A DNA stretch of 64,000 nucleotides from an uncultured Gammaproteobacteria bacterium (GTDB lineage Bacteria; Patescibacteriota; Patescibacteriia; Magasanikbacterales; GWA2-37-8), in assembly GCA_964510495.1 (NCBI GenBank), contig CAZECR010000003.1:550-64549 (forward strand). The letters run 5' to 3'. The notes below the pieces were generated by a model. It was not told where the DNA came from, made no database searches, and saw only the letters and a program-made list of their open reading frames with translations. Within the stretch, counting starts at the first letter, position 1; every line of letters starts with the position of its first letter. Both the position numbers and the translations under genes were made by a program. This document shows, piece after piece, positions 63,584 through 64,000 of the stretch.

Positions 63584-64000
63584 ATGTCAAAACGTATCCT
63601 TATTTTTTCGACAGCCTATCTACCATTCATCGGTGGCGCAGAAGTGGCTGTAAAAGAAATTACCGATCGGTTGGGTAACGATTTTGAGTTTGTCATGATT
63701 ACTCCTCGGCTTGACCCCGCATTGCCAGCAGAAGAAAAAATTGGCGCTATTCAGGTGCACCGTCTAGGTAGTGGAAAGTCATTCGATAAATATCGTTTAA
63801 TCTGGGAAGGTCCCAAAAAAGCAACCAAACTCGGCAGCTTTGATGCGGTATGGGGTATTATGGCCAGTTACGCGGGTTTTGCTGCTCGGAGATATAAAAA
63901 ACAAAACCCTGCGGTACCTTTTTTGCTTACACTTCAGGAAGGTGATAGTACGTGGCATATTTATAAACATGTCTGGTGGTGCTGGAGGTATTTTAAACAG
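63584..64000 (+). CDS. Glycosyltransferase family 4, N-terminal part, truncated by the window edge
   Basis: Manual translation MSKRILIFSTAYLPFIGGAEVAVKEITDRLGNDFEFVMITP... is open to the window end. Absent from the ORF track because no stop lies inside the window. Confidence 0.65.
   Translation, partial: MSKRILIFSTAYLPFIGGAEVAVKEITDRLGNDFEFVMITPRLDPALPAEEKIGAIQVHRLGSGKSFDKYRLIWEGPKKATKLGSFDAVWGIMASYAGFAARRYKKQNPAVPFLLTLQEGDSTWHIYKHVWWCWRYFKQ

Noticed and set aside
1-64000. CRISPR arrays, rRNA genes, integrases/transposases, and a diversity-generating retroelement reverse transcriptase
   Set aside because: These were searched for by eye. No regularly spaced short direct repeats, no rRNA-like conserved stretches, and no recombinase or RT motifs (e.g. 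YxDD) were seen in any reasonable ORF. The G+C-rich islets therefore lack recognisable mobility genes.

Overview
The 64 kb window looks like a compact, low-GC bacterial chromosome segment of the Patescibacteria (CPR)/Parcubacteria type (inference from gene content and architecture). Genes are tightly packed, GTG/TTG starts are frequent, and native genes mostly lack Shine-Dalgarno sequences. Ordinary core genes are present: hisS, lepB, rpsU, ybeY, dgkA, ftsA, ftsZ, nrdR, pyk, glyA, metK, arfB, a NUDIX hydrolase, two tRNA-Val and one tRNA-Ile. Three things stand out. First, a surface-protein locus of about 14.7 kb (7753-22453) contains a 673-aa and a 3376-aa secreted protein. Both carry the same N-terminal module, which resembles VirB2/TrbC-type pilin. 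Behind it are IPT/TIG, SbsA-type Ig-like and LamG domains and arrays of cysteine-rich repeats. Directly downstream are three tandem paralogous membrane proteins with calcium-binding loops resembling thrombospondin type 3 (TSP3) repeats, EF-hands or dockerin. Second, a radical-SAM/GNAT Elp3 homologue and a Trm9-like methyltransferase are divergently transcribed (31313-33710), suggesting a eukaryote/archaeal-type mcm5U34 tRNA wobble modification module. Third, at least seven G+C-rich one- or two-gene islets are scattered through the window (1337-3700, 30190-31200, 34980-35520, 38100-38630, 40790-41600, 44300-45200). Each has a strong GGAGG-type RBS and flanking hairpins, and two sit immediately next to tRNA genes, which fits recent horizontal acquisition. 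The window also holds an HTH (excisionase-family) regulator with a 36-bp perfect palindrome, an ECF sigma factor with a DUF5667-type anti-sigma factor, a putative S-layer-type gene with strong codon bias, and a cell-envelope glycan cluster (two O-antigen-ligase/TPR paralogues, UDP-glucuronate decarboxylase, an ArnT/PMT-like GT and four GT4s). No CRISPR array, rRNA, integrase, transposase or reverse transcriptase is visible. All coordinates and folds were derived by eye; nothing was computed.
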